DNA of 64,000 bases from Auanema rhodensis (Eukaryota > Animalia > Nematoda): NCBI GenBank assembly GCA_964057225.1, contig OZ059898.1:4836001-4900000 (forward strand), in the 5' to 3' direction. The notes under the pieces are model-generated. The model saw only the letters and a list, made by a program, of their open reading frames with translations, ran no database searches and was not told the origin of the DNA. Positions within the stretch are counted from its first letter, which is position 1. Each line of letters starts with the position of its first letter. A program made the translations under genes and the position numbers. This document shows, in pieces, positions 30,140-43,002 of this stretch.

Positions 30140-30693
30140 CTTGTTAAAAAAAACTAGAAATCTCAGAATTAAAAAAATACAATACCATAATAGTGCAGAT
30201 AAAAAGCGTTAATAACGCTAAAAGTTCAAAGGGATAATTTTTAACACATATTTGATTATTATTATTATTTAAAAATATTATACAACTGAAAAAAAGTGAA
30301 AGATTTGCAAAAGAATATAAAAGAGCAAACTAGAGATGATATATAAGTAGCAATTATAATGAAGAGACAATTCGAAGATCACTAAAATAAAGTACGGTAA
30401 AACAACAAATTGTAAATATCACACAATCTTGTTCAAGTATTTGACAAAAGTTTTCAGTTCACCAGGAGTGAAGATAAACACATTTTTTTTGGATATGATT
30501 ATTCTTTTTTTGTAAAAAAAAATAAATAGATCTATACACTATACAAAGTGGTTAAATTTACATCATAATTGAATAAAAATTTCAATGAAATAGCAATGAT
30601 GTTGAGAACACTATGATAACAATCTGTTTGAAGATAAGAATAAAACTATTGGTCCTGGAAATATCAGCATTCTTCTTAAGAAAATGTTGAAAT

Positions 30694-33600
30694 TTATCCA
30701 AGGATTTCAAAAGAATTATCTTTGTCGTTACCGTTATCCTTAAATTAATTTGATATTGTCCCAATTTTAAACTCAGACTTACTTTGTTAGCAACTTCAGC
30801 CATATGAAAATGTTGTTTTCTTAGTTCACGTAAACGAGCTCGTTCTACTTCTAAAGCTTGCTCGAGTTCCAATACACGCACTTTAGATTCCATTTCTTCT
30901 TTCTTTGCATCGTGCAGGGTAAGATTAGAGAAATCCAATACATCTAAAGCATAATCATAATCATTGGTTATAGACTACTTTTAAACATACCTTTCTCATT
31001 TAACGTATTCTGTCCTGTCTTAATCGATCCTACAACTTGAACAGTGCATTGATAAACATCACGAGATGCAACAGATAAAGTAGCCAATCTGAATTTTAAA
31101 GTAAATATGTGGTACTCTCAATTAAGATACTTCTCAGAATCTCTGTCAGCCTTTACACGACTAGAAACAAAAAGCTGAGCAGTTGAAGCTGATATTTCTT
31201 GAGCAGCAACAATCAATTCTTCGAATTTTCCTTAAAATTTCCGTTATCACATACATTCTGGAAGCTGAAATACCTTTTCCAGTAATTACGCCATCAGCTG
31301 CAGCAACCAAAACATTAGCAGCAACACCAACTGATTTAGCAGCAGATAATAAACCCTTAATATCCTAGATACAGGAGATCTTTCACAGCTTGAATACCTC
31401 GGTCCATTGATGGTTCTTTTTGTAAAACTCCGCGGGAGAAGCTCCTCCCTTTCCAGCAGCAACAATTTCTAACTGAAGTTCACGTGAAGCAGCAACGAGT
31501 CGCATCACCGCGTTCATGAGAGCTTGACAAGTAGCCAGAATTGATTCATTAACTTCCAATCTATATTATGTAAACTGAAACACGATATTGATCAACACAA
31601 CTACCTGACACCCTTAGTATTTTCACGAGCTTTTTGTTGAATGGCTTCAATTTTTTCCACAGCTTGTTTAATGGCTTCATCCATTTTTCTCATTTCTGTT
31701 TCTAATTCACTACCAACAACATTCTGTAATAAGTAAGTATTAAACTTATAACACTGACAATGAATACTTTGTCGATATCTGATTGCACAGGTATTGCAGC
31801 CATTAGATTATTCAACTCTTCCAAATCTACGCATAGTTGCTGAGCATTAACTGGGTTAGATTGGAAAGCAATTTTGGCATTTTTCAAGATATTTTTACAT
31901 TGCTCATTTACACCTGAAAAAAAAAATGCCTTTATTCTTCTCTGCATCTTTTACCTTCATAATGGGGAATGGAAGCAGTATGTGCAGCAGAAGAACATGC
32001 AAATATGGAATTCGAGAGCAAATGAGCTGCCAAAACAATTTGTAAACCATTTGATTCATCTGTTAATCCAGCAACTAGGCTGTTTCCTGCTTGTAGAACA
32101 GATTGTGCAAGATCTTGAAAAAAAAGTTTAAGACTTAAAATTTTCACACTCACGTAATGGATATGAAACTGAGGTAGAGTTAGGAAGGTCTTCAGAGCAA
32201 TGGTCAAAAATAGCCAAACATGATGTATTTAGGTAGGATAATTGCTAAATTTGGAACATTTCGTAAGAGTTATTATGTGCTTTTTACCTGTTTTAATTCT
32301 ACAAGCTCTATATCTGCTTTGGCCAATTGAGCTCTAAGTTCATCTGCTGAAGAAGATTCTCCTGCAGCTTTTGAGGCTAAGCTTTGTTTTTCTTTCTCTG
32401 ATTCTTCAAGCCGACGGGTAACGGCAGTAAGCTAAACAAATTAATCTAGAAACTAAAATATTTGTAAGAGCCCACTTCTGCCTCTTTGTCCATTTTCTGT
32501 TTTTCACATTCCTCTATTTGTTTTTGTAAACCACCCAGTTTAGTCAACGCCTGACGAACTCATTTAATATAACAAAACATAAACGTAAACTTACAGCAAC
32601 ATGCTCCATACGGAATTTTTCATAAGCTGTTTTCATTTTTGCGAACCGTTCATCAGCTAGCCTAGCTTTTTCATTAGCTTCCTGAACTCTAGCATCGTTA
32701 CTTTCGCTTCTCATTGAATCACGAGAAGCGAGTTCTTCTAGAATTTCAAAATTTTTACAGAACGATTCTGATAACTAACTTGTGAGACGATCTTTCTCTT
32801 CTCTCATTTCATCAGCTTCACGACGAGCATGCTCAAATTCGCTCTGCATTTGAGCCAACCGATTTTCATATTGCTCGATTCGATTTCGTGCTTGAGCGAT
32901 AAGCCGTTCTTTTGCAAACTTTTCATCTTCCACAGAGCGCTGGAGATTAACGATCTGTTCATCTCTAAAAAACGAAATAATACTAAAAATAAAGCAAAGA
33001 TCGTTAAACCTTTGATCTACTTCTGGTTGGTGCACAGGTGCAGATGTTTCTAGACCCAAATCCAGCAGTGTATCTTCCGCAACATTTCCTGATTCTTCTG
33101 GACCTTCAGAATGAAGATATGCATGTGGAGTTCGATAACTTTCCAAGTCTGAAGCTTGTAAGAAGTTTGGAGCTACCTAAAAGAAACACAAAAAGATTAG
33201 ATATAAACTAATACACTTACTGCTGGTAGAGTAGGAATGGATACTAAGTATTTGAAATATTGTAGATTACTAGATTCTTCATAAAATTTTTTCATTCGTC
33301 GGAAGGCTTCCTGAAGTAAAGAAATATATAGAGGATATATAAAATACGAACTCTGAAACGAGTGCGATGTCCTTCTAAAGCATCTGGTGGAACATGGCTA
33401 TGCAAATTAAAGATCATTTTGACCAAATAATCATAAAATTTGCTCGTATCCAAAATGACCAATATAAGAGGTGCAAGTAAGCATTGTCCTTCTGGAACAA
33501 GCGAACTCCATCTCAAACTTTCTAAGGTATCATATACTAAAATATAAACAAGATTTTAACCACTATAACTATTTAGCAAACCAATCGATTGAAGATTCAG

Positions 33601-34339
33601 TAAATTATCCATTTCGTCTAACATCGATATAGTCATTTCAAATGCATTATCGAGATCACCTTCCAAAGTTTTAAGCTGAGCATCAGTCAAGTTTAAATTA
33701 CCGGGTACCACAGGATACTATAACAAGAACAATTATTCATCAATCAATTAATCTATTCTTACCCGTCGATGAAATTCCAAACGCTGACATAAAACTTTAG
33801 CATATATTTCGATGCTGGGGCCATATCCGGAAGTATTTAAATGTTTCCAAAATTGCCCAAAAGATTGCAGTTTGGGAATATGCCTAATAGAAAAAATTAA
33901 CCTGGATTCCATACCATTTCAATACCTATGAGATTCTTCGGGAACTCTTCTATGACCATCACGAATTAACTTATGAACCAAATGGCAGAACTAGATTTTT
34001 AAAGTATTTGATTTCATCACGATTATACATATATATATATACCTTCCAAGTTAGGACAGGATGTTTCTCCAACTGTATTCGATTAACAGCATTCCAGAAA
34101 ATGTTGCTAGATCTGGTAAATGGTTTACTTATGGCAAAAATATTTTATTAATTTGTAAACCTTTCTGTGTGTGTCCCCAAAATAATTATACGAGCATGCT
34201 TTGGTTTGAGTGGAAGCTCATTTTTATTAAGAGCCTTATGAACAGCCTCAAGCTGTAAACTCTATTGTTCAGAAAATAGTGAATTCTCAAACCCGACCTG
34301 GCCTTTCACGAAAGATTCACGATCTGCTCCTCTCAACAT
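30694..34339 (-). CDS. hipr-1: Huntingtin-interacting protein 1-related (HIP1R/Sla2)
   Basis: ANTH domain (KALNKNELPLKPKHARIIILGT, WKFCHLVHKLIRDGH), coiled coil, and I/LWEQ talin-like domain (FYKKNHQWTE, EISASTAQL, EMESKVRVLELEQAL..ER.RL.ELRKQH). Confidence 0.95.
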
Positions 34340-35000
34340 GACATGAAATTATTCTGAAGGGTAACCGACCCTTAAAAAGTATTGACAGTTAGAAGATAAT
34401 TAGTAACCTTGAAGACAATTATCGAAAAGTTGGCCGAAAAAAATATTGTTATAAAGAATATTAAAAACTATATTTTGTATATTTAATGATTTTTGTACAA
34501 TTTGTTTGAAGCTAATGATGAGCAATATACAGAACAAACATTCCAGGAGCCTGTCATGCGGGCGCGAGCCTTATTGACTAGATCGCTGCAGGACCCAATT
34601 TCTCCTACAAACGGTTCGAACGCATTAAATACACCTTCTTTGAAGCTACTTTATTAATTCATTTACATACTTAAAAATGGATAAAAGCTACAGCATGATA
34701 TTATAAGTTAACATATTATAACAGTATTAGAGATTATTTTATTCAAAAACAGTTGACAAATATCGAAAAATTAATTGCACTTAAGAATACCTTAGAATTT
34801 ATGATAATTTCCTGTTAAGAACTTGATGGAATGCGAATATGAATGCAAAAATAGTATAAAAATGAGTATATATAACTGTACAAGGCAGATATTACCGGTT
34901 ATGAAAGAAACTATCATAATCTCTAATCGTAGGAGATCTGTTAATAGTCAAATAATATTTGATTTGGAATCTTATTTTCAACGTGATAGCTGTAGCTGTT

Positions 35001-37205
35001 TTAATTATGCCTTTTGAGAGGAGTTCTCATTGAAGATACAGCTTGAACAGGAGATGATGTTTTTGGACCTCGCTAAATCAAATAAGTAATGTGAATATTT
35101 AAAAGTTTTGGTTGAAAAATGAAACTAACCTCTAGATTTTTATTAACTGGCGGTATAAGACTAGGCATTCTTCCACTACGAGGAGTGAAGGCTCGGTCGA
35201 GCAAAGGTTTCTGAATTTTATATCACTAATAAACTATTTATATCTATTTCTCTTTACCTTCATGGGTGGTTCTAGTTTCCCTGTACTAGCCGGAGTTCTA
35301 GCAAAGGCTTTCTTTTGTGGAGTCCTGGGAGAACTTAGAGTGGAGGTACTAATTTGCTTCTTAATATTTTTAAAAAGTCAGTAACATTTTATATTATGAC
35401 AAAAAATTATACTTACGCGTTTCTGTCTTTCCTCTTCTAAAATTGACAGATAGTTCTCTTTCGTCATTTTAACAAAATCAGGTGGAGATACGGAGTGAAT
35501 TCTTCAAATATTATCTAATAAAGCAATAAGAATCTATAACCTACTTGAACTTATCATCGGGATGTTTTGAGACATATTCATTATAAGATTTAGTTATTAA
35601 TTTTTCTAAATTCCCAATGGTATGTTCCAACTGCCGTTCAAGCTGGAAAAATCACGAACGGTTAATATAATTTTTTTACTTACTTGAGCATCTTTTAAAA
35701 TATTGTGAGATCTATCACGACTCTGGTAATATCCAGATTCTCTCATTTTTGAATTTAACGTCATTTTTTGATCCCAAACCTCAGAAAATCTAAAAATCAA
35801 AAAATGAAAAAGCATAAATTCAAAACATACTCAGACACATAATCATATACTCGTTTTCTTAAATTATACAGTTTCTCTAAGCGCGCTTGTTCCAGCCCCA
35901 TTCTTTCAATATCTTTTTCGGTATGGTAGACTGAAATGAAAACAATGATATTGAAAAAAAAAACAAAAAAAAATACATGGGTCAAAAATGGGAAGAAATC
36001 CACGATCTGCCATACCGACCATACACTTGTTCCATAAATCTTCTAATGCTGTGTACTTGCTGGTCCATTGAAAATCACGATCTTGAAGCCATTTTTGATA
36101 AATTTCCGATACCTACATAAGAGAGCCAAGAAAATATATATACTGTGTCGAAATAATAAACCTGTGTGTGATAATTTTGAATCATTTCCATCGTAAAATC
36201 CGAAAGCATAAAATCATCACTCTGTACATCAGTTTGAACAATAACAGTAAGATCAGGGCTTTCACTAATATCAAACAGCTCTCCTGTAAACAGATTTAAT
36301 GAAAGCCAAATTGTGATATCTCTACCTAGTCTTTGAATCCAATTTCTTATATCTGTCTGAAGATTAGAAGCCAACTCAATTCGTTCGTTAAGAATTTCTT
36401 GAAGATTACTTATCTCGGCTTTCAAAGTTTCTATTTCGATAGGTTTTAAAAGCTAAAGCTACTTGTAAGAAAAATAATATTGAAGTAACTAACTCTTTTT
36501 TCAGGCACTATATCTTGAATATCCTTGCCAACTCGAAGAGCGAGCAACGCAGCTTTATCAACAAGCTCGCTCTGCTTCTTCTTTCTTTCATCGTGCTCAC
36601 TTTGAATTTCTTTCAATTCCTTTTCTACGTGCCGTAACTAAAAATAGGCCGTCACAAAAATATAAGAAAGCTATATTCACCAAAGCTAAACTTGGGTTAC
36701 TGTGAGGATGAGAAAACTCGTCCATATCCAATTCCTCGCGTAATTCTTTTAATTTCCCAAGACCTGTCTTAATATCTGCTTTTACTTCCTGGACCATATT
36801 CTGTTCCGATTCAACCTGAATACCAATACTAAACTCAATAACTGCACTAAATTTTTTGCAATATACCATATCGTCAATTAAATTATGAATGTGCTCGAAC
36901 GCAGTTCTGGTTCTGTGCACTCTAAAATTTTCCATAACTATACGCAACTTCAATGTGGTTAAGTACAAACCTTGAGTCTTCTGACATCTCAATTTCATTC
37001 CAAAGAGAAGTTAAAACTTGGAATTTAGATCTCATATATTCTTCGGTTTCAGAAAATTTATCAATAATGCTAAGTCTTCAAAAAAATTGAAAATACTTTT
37101 CTTTTCTAGGGGGTACTACCTGCGTGTTTTACTTGGAACATCAGTAGTTTTAGGTAGGGGTGATAAAATCATTTCTCGACGAGTAGGCGCATTATGAAAA
37201 TCCAT
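35001..37205 (-). CDS. spd-1: PRC1/Ase1/MAP65-family microtubule bundler (SPD-1-like)
   Basis: N-terminal LWNEIEMSEDSRVHRTRTAFEHIHNLIDDMVESEQ, coiled coil, LEDLWNKC, EQARLEKLY, and a basic S/T-P-rich tail (SPRTP, TPR, SPV). Divergent, so the family call rests on pattern. Confidence 0.7.
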
Positions 37206-37254
37206 CTGAAATTAAGCTAAATAAAGGTAAGAACGTGGTTGAAATATTCAAGAG

Positions 37255-37290
37255 CTTCAAAATTTGAATATTCTGTAAGCGCGCGCACTT
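37255..37290 (-). promoter_or_regulatory. CDE/CHR-like (E2F/DREAM) promoter motif of the PRC1-like gene
   Basis: GCGCGCGC next to TTCAAA/TTTGAA, ~50-85 bp upstream of the ATG of a mitotic gene. Confidence 0.45.
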
Positions 37291-38231
37291 GTAAATAGCG
37301 TACACAGCGTAAACGCCAAGTTATAAGGTCACTCGCCCCTGTCTATAACTATGCGAATATACTGCCTTAAGAATTTACGGTAGATAAATATTTGAAGGTG
37401 TTTCTTAATGATAATAAAAGTGTAATTAGTATGTATTACTGACTGAAAACAAAGATTTTTAAACAATTGGTGATATCATCATCTAATCTTCAAAGCTTTT
37501 TATCTGTCGGGTCGTATGACACTTAGGAGATCTTCGTGAACTTTACAATTTGCAGTATAAAAATTCTTGATATGAACACGGATGATATGACTCATGGTTG
37601 TTTTTATTCTTCCTATGATGATAAAATTCATTACTTCAACTATTCTTTTTCGAAATCACAAGATTTACAACAAATCACCAAATACTATTTAAACAGCCTG
37701 TGATGCATTCGAAAACGTTCTCAGATTGATCACTATCCACTTCACCTATCACCAGTTTCACACAGAAAATCTGCCCTTCCGCCTATCAGTTTATTTACGC
37801 GTATTCGTCATCTTATGAAAAACTTCTGTTTGACTAATTCTAAGGCACAATTTTAAATCATCTGTACGACCAATATATTTTGGATAGCATTGTTTGTTTA
37901 ATTATTCAGATTACAAACATGGCATGCTATATAATAAGTAGAATTTTCCAAGACAAAAACTTAAATGTTGCTTACCTCAGCCATTTTGGCATTAATTTCA
38001 CATGCAGCCGCTCCTTGATTCATATTCTCGAAGAAATAATGTTTTCATCTCGAAGAAGAGTGTGTTCACACCTTTAAACGTTAATAATCAGTTATATTTT
38101 TAAATCATATAATCTGTTTACCGATAACTTTTTAAGTTCTCAGCAATATTATACTTTGGACTGACATTTTTTTTCATCTTATAGTTTTTTGAATGGTGAA
38201 TCATATTTTTCTATATATAAATAACTTTCAG

Positions 38232-38566
38232 ATGAAATTGATTGTGCTTGTTGCTTTATTCACTGTAGCTATGAGTGCTCCAGCGGATAGAGAACTTATC
38301 GGAGGAGGCGTTCCTCACCCAAGTAAGCTCAGCCTTTAAAATTTAACCAATTTCTCCTCCAGAAAGTGAGCAAGGTCAAGCACTATCGCAGGAGCAAAGT
38401 CAACCGAGCAAGATTACAGGTAATTTAAAAATAAACAATTTGAATTGGCCTCTAATTCACTTTTATAGTTGATCCACGTCCCATATGGGAAGGTGGTGAC
38501 AATGTTAAGCCTTGGCTGGTCAATCAACCGGATATTGCTACAATTTTGAAACCTAAAACTGATTAA
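38232..38566 (+). CDS. Small secreted protein of unknown function (81 aa, 3 exons)
   Basis: tttcag|ATG; exons 38232-38322, 38363-38419 and 38469-38566 join in phase; signal peptide MKLIVLVALFTVAMSA-P. Confidence 0.8.
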
Positions 38567-38745
38567 CTTTTCTTTTGTAAATTATCTTATCATAAATATG
38601 GTCTTAAAAATTTAATAACAATATAACAACAGATCAACAATTTAAAAATAACGAATCTGAAATTCATCTATGCTAAATCTATGCTGTGATGAGGTCAAAA
38701 TGAGTTGCAATCTAATTCAGGATTTAAAACAGCAGCATGTGCTAA

Positions 38746-39682
38746 TTACTGACCAATGAAAGATTTAATTCTAGCGAGGAGACCAACATATTGGGAGTGT
38801 TCATAATGAGTGGCATAATCAACCAAATTCTTACAGAATTGTACATCGAATCCTCTCTCTTCCAAATAACGAACAAAGAGGAGGTCATGAAGATCCTAAA
38901 AGCCAAAAATTCAAAATTTAATTAGAAGAAAAATCTTACAGGATCAATATATTTTCCACTGCTGGCATATACATCATCTGCTACATCTTCATTTCCATCT
39001 TTAGCTGTTGGAGCTACATAGAATTCTTCAACACGGAAATCGTCTAAATTTAATATTATAATCCGATGAACAAATAACTATCTTTTATTACATTCTCCCT
39101 GAACCTCAAGGCTTTCAACCAACTCCAAGTGGAATACTAACCTCTCAGCTCCTTTACTAATTTCAATTGTGAAAGGAGGGAGAGCAACTGGAACTGGAGC
39201 AGCCTTAAAAATAAACTATTAAATATTAAAACAAAAAATAAAAACCTCTGGTTGAACCTCATCTTCATAAGTTTCATCCATATCAACGGAATGATTAACA
39301 TTGAAAACAACAAGAATACTTAAAATAAGATATAGAACGCTGGAGTAAAATTCGACTTACTCTTCGTTTCCGTATTTCTTAGTCAGTCTTACTTCAGCAT
39401 TTTTAGTTGTGATAGCGAATCCACCAAAAGTTGGAGCAGCAGTTCCACCAAGATTATTCTTAGATAATTGTTGTTCGGCATCAATTTCTCTAGCAAGAGC
39501 TTGAGACAGTTCGGGTGCAACAGATAAAGCTGAAAAAACAAATGAAAAAGTAAAAAGTAAAAGGTAAAATAAGTACCAGTTCTAGATGTATGGAAGAGTT
39601 GAGTTTGAACTTGTCTTCCGAAAGCGGGTGTTCCGTTGACAGCAAGTCTAGCAAAAGTTCGGGCCAATGACAAACCACGCAT
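38746..39682 (-). CDS. cri-3: Mitochondrial acidic protein C1QBP/p32/MAM33
   Basis: Arg-rich mitochondrial presequence; AEVRLTKKYGNE.ILVVFNVNHSV, ALPPFTIEI, YLEERGFD, YEHSQYVGLL. Confidence 0.9.
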
Positions 39683-41830
39683 TTTCTGAAATTAATAATG
39701 TTTATTTTAAAACATATCATATATGTTGGTAAAAAAGTATATAAAGCGTACAAGCTCATCTGATGTAAGAATGCTAAAAGTACTCTAGGTTTCTAGAATT
39801 GCATAGCATCCAATCGTGGCGAGACTATTTTTTTGCACTATGATGCTTCAAAATTAGTTTTCTTTCCATGATAACAAATATAATTAAACAATTTGAAATT
39901 ATCGGTTAAACCGTTGGCTTATAATATTGAAAAAAAAAGTTATTAGTTTCTTCCTCAGAGAATATTTAATTTACGCTGAAAATAGAACAAAACAGAATAA
40001 GAAGTAAACCGCATTATGAAAATCAAGAGAAAGTATAATCCATGAAGGTTTTTCAATTTTTCCTTTTTTCATCTTCTATATAGTCGATTAAATTAATCAA
40101 TTCAAATAATATATTAAATGATATATTTCCAAACCCTATTTGAAATTCATCATCCTTGTATCTGTACTGTTCGTATGGCGAAAGATAGAATACTAACTAC
40201 ATGATCCAAAAATGTATGAATTTTCTGTGATCCAATGGTTTCGCTTGAATTGATGATAGAGAAACTTGTTTCATATGATTCAGTGATTTAACAGCAGTCC
40301 ATCTGGTTGGTGCTCCTGTAGTAATCTTTCAGTTATGTACACTGCAATATGCTGAAGCATCCAAAGGTTTTATTCGTATCACTTGCCATGAAGGAAATTA
40401 TAAGTTCCGTATACGCTTTATTGAATGATCTCTACGTTTAACGTTGATTTGTTTATTTCTCACCGATTTAACATTTGAGGACGAGCCTATGTTGTTAATA
40501 GTGGTGGGATTTTCATTTTGCAATGTGTAAATAAAACTATACTGTATATTGATGATGTTCTATCTTTGAATAAATGAATACATGAATGAATCAGTTCTAA
40601 TGTTAAACTTGGAAAATACTGGCTGCAGCTTTTATGGTCATACTAATTTTAATAGTCATATCGCAGACTAGACGCCGACGGTAACCAATAATTACCGAGT
40701 ACTGTATATTGCTTTTAAGTTATTGCTTGCTCTCTGATATGTATCATAAGCTTTCAAAATCATATCAGTGATACCATATATCATTGCCCTACACGGACTT
40801 TATCATTCATTATCAGATAGTATTCCCACTTTTCTTCCTCTTTATTTCACTTATATAATTCGTTTTTATCATGTATGTAGTAAAATTGTGAGCTACAACC
40901 GCTTGACAATGAGAACTTCAAACACTTGACCAATGTAGAATTTAAGCTGCTTCTTTATTTCTTATTGTAATAATATTGTAAGGTGTGTATACTATGTTTC
41001 GGAAATCACTGGTTTAATTTCTTTTGTGATAAAATAATATTATAATAAAACATAATTTCCTCACCAGTGTACATGAAAACTATATTCTATTTTGTACTGT
41101 CTGTCATCATGGTATGTGTAGATATGTATATGTATAAATGATTGTTTGTGTCTATATGTATGGTCTGTCTGTCGTTCTGTGTGAAAGCGTTGACTGCCAC
41201 GTCCTCCATTTCCTCTATTCCGTTTCTAGCAACAACCATTTCAAATTCCCGTTGCTCATCTAATATAAGTCAATAGAGATGGTTGTGATTTAACCGTTGT
41301 ATCTAGGTGGTTCCAGGTAACCATTGTCCAGGGACACGGGAGAATCCTTAAGCTATACACTATATCTTCTATATGACTGTTCAAAATGTCTTTCTGCACA
41401 AATTGTTACTTAATATTTTAAGTAATAAGCTGATGTAGCGAGACATCTTATCTATAAAAGAATTTATGCCGTTTTCGTAATTTTACTAAAAGATCTCATA
41501 TTAACTTTATCACAAACATTTAAAATTTGATAACAACTAAGATACAATTTATTTCTTCTAGCCTCTGGCTCATAATGGCCGGCTGTACCTTTGAAGGGAC
41601 GGATTCTGAAGGCCTCTAGATCTTCGAAGTATTACCCCTCAAAGTGTGAATGCAGACGTAAGTTTTTTTATAAGTAAGCTCTAAAATCACAAAAAATTCA
41701 ATTTACTTAATTATTTTTAGAAGTCATACTGAATAATGTCTTTTTCAAATTATGTGGTGTCATTTCGATGGTAAGAACATCTTGAATTGCTTCTTGAAAA
41801 TACGAAGAAATGATAAGTGTATCATTCAGC

Positions 41831-41880
41831 TTATCATGCGAAAGACACTGAATATTATCATGCAAAAGACACTGGATATT
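41831..41880. repeat. 24-bp tandem duplication
   Basis: ttatcatgcgaaagacactgaata followed by ttatcatgcaaaagacactggata. Confidence 0.8.
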
Positions 41881-43002
41881 GAACATACTTTTTCAAGAAA
41901 TCTACTTACAAATTACCAACTCAAATGACTGCTAAGTTTTTAGGATGATAAAACCAACTTCTCGCTGAGTTCCTCTAGTCAATGTGTACATTATCAATTG
42001 ATCCTAGCTCTATTCGTAAATTCTTTCCCATATGTATAATTTTCAACCATAATAGATTGTTACTTTCAAATATATTGTTTCATAGAAACAACCTTAGTAA
42101 CTTTCTAGAAATGAACATCAAGTAGTAGTAACAGTTGTTATAGCTTCCTCGAGTCGCATCGCATCGCCATATTATTGGGATTAGATATTTTTATCCCCCA
42201 AACTATTTTCGTGCGTAAGTTGAATATACTATTATTTCGGTTTGTAATTATTCGCACAACTGCTGATGGCGACACTAGGAACTAAAACATATCTATATAT
42301 TTAGCCAGTTGTATGAGATCATTTGATCTGATATTAGTGATTTACATTCTTCCACATTCCATGTTTCTTTATATTTGATTATTCTTGTTAACAATCGCCA
42401 TTAAAGTATCGCTGTGATATGTGTACATAAGCCTAATGTTTCTAACTAATAATAATGATAATAATGTTATTTCATGTGTTATCGTAGGTAACAGTAATAT
42501 TAAATAAAGTTTTATCACCAAAGCGAAAAAAAAGAATATAACAACAACGTGCAATAGATAGAGCCAGCAAAGTTCAGGAACCGGGAAAACAACATTCAAA
42601 ATCTAACAGAAACAACAAAATGTATCATATCATTTATACAGTAATTGATATGAAAAATCAGCCAAAAACTGCTATAATTTATGAATTATTTCTAACTTCA
42701 TACTTCTTTTAGTTTCAAAAATTCTCGAGAAAAAGAAACGCACATGTTAAGAAAAACTAGTGATAGCTTTACGATTTTTGCAAATTTTAAAACTAGGCAA
42801 ATCATGTTTTAAACTCTACTTTAGCACGCAAAAGCTTTGAATTATATAGAGAAAAATAAAAGATTATAAAAAAAGATTGAAGAACATCAAAACTTACTGT
42901 TGTACATTTTGTATTTGTACCGAATTAAGCCCAAAACCGAAAGTAGACTTTGAGAGTTGAAGCGAAATAATGTTAACACAAAAACGTTTTGTAGTATACA
43001 CC

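Noticed and set aside
40985-41076. Possible H/ACA snoRNA (ATACTA, CACTGGT/ACCAGTG stem, ACA)
   Set aside because: Upper stem and first hairpin are weak, and ANANNA/ACA are common by chance in AT-rich DNA.
42314-42345. TGAGATCATT bantam/miR-80-like seed
   Set aside because: Only a ~7-10 bp hairpin; no pre-miRNA-length arm.
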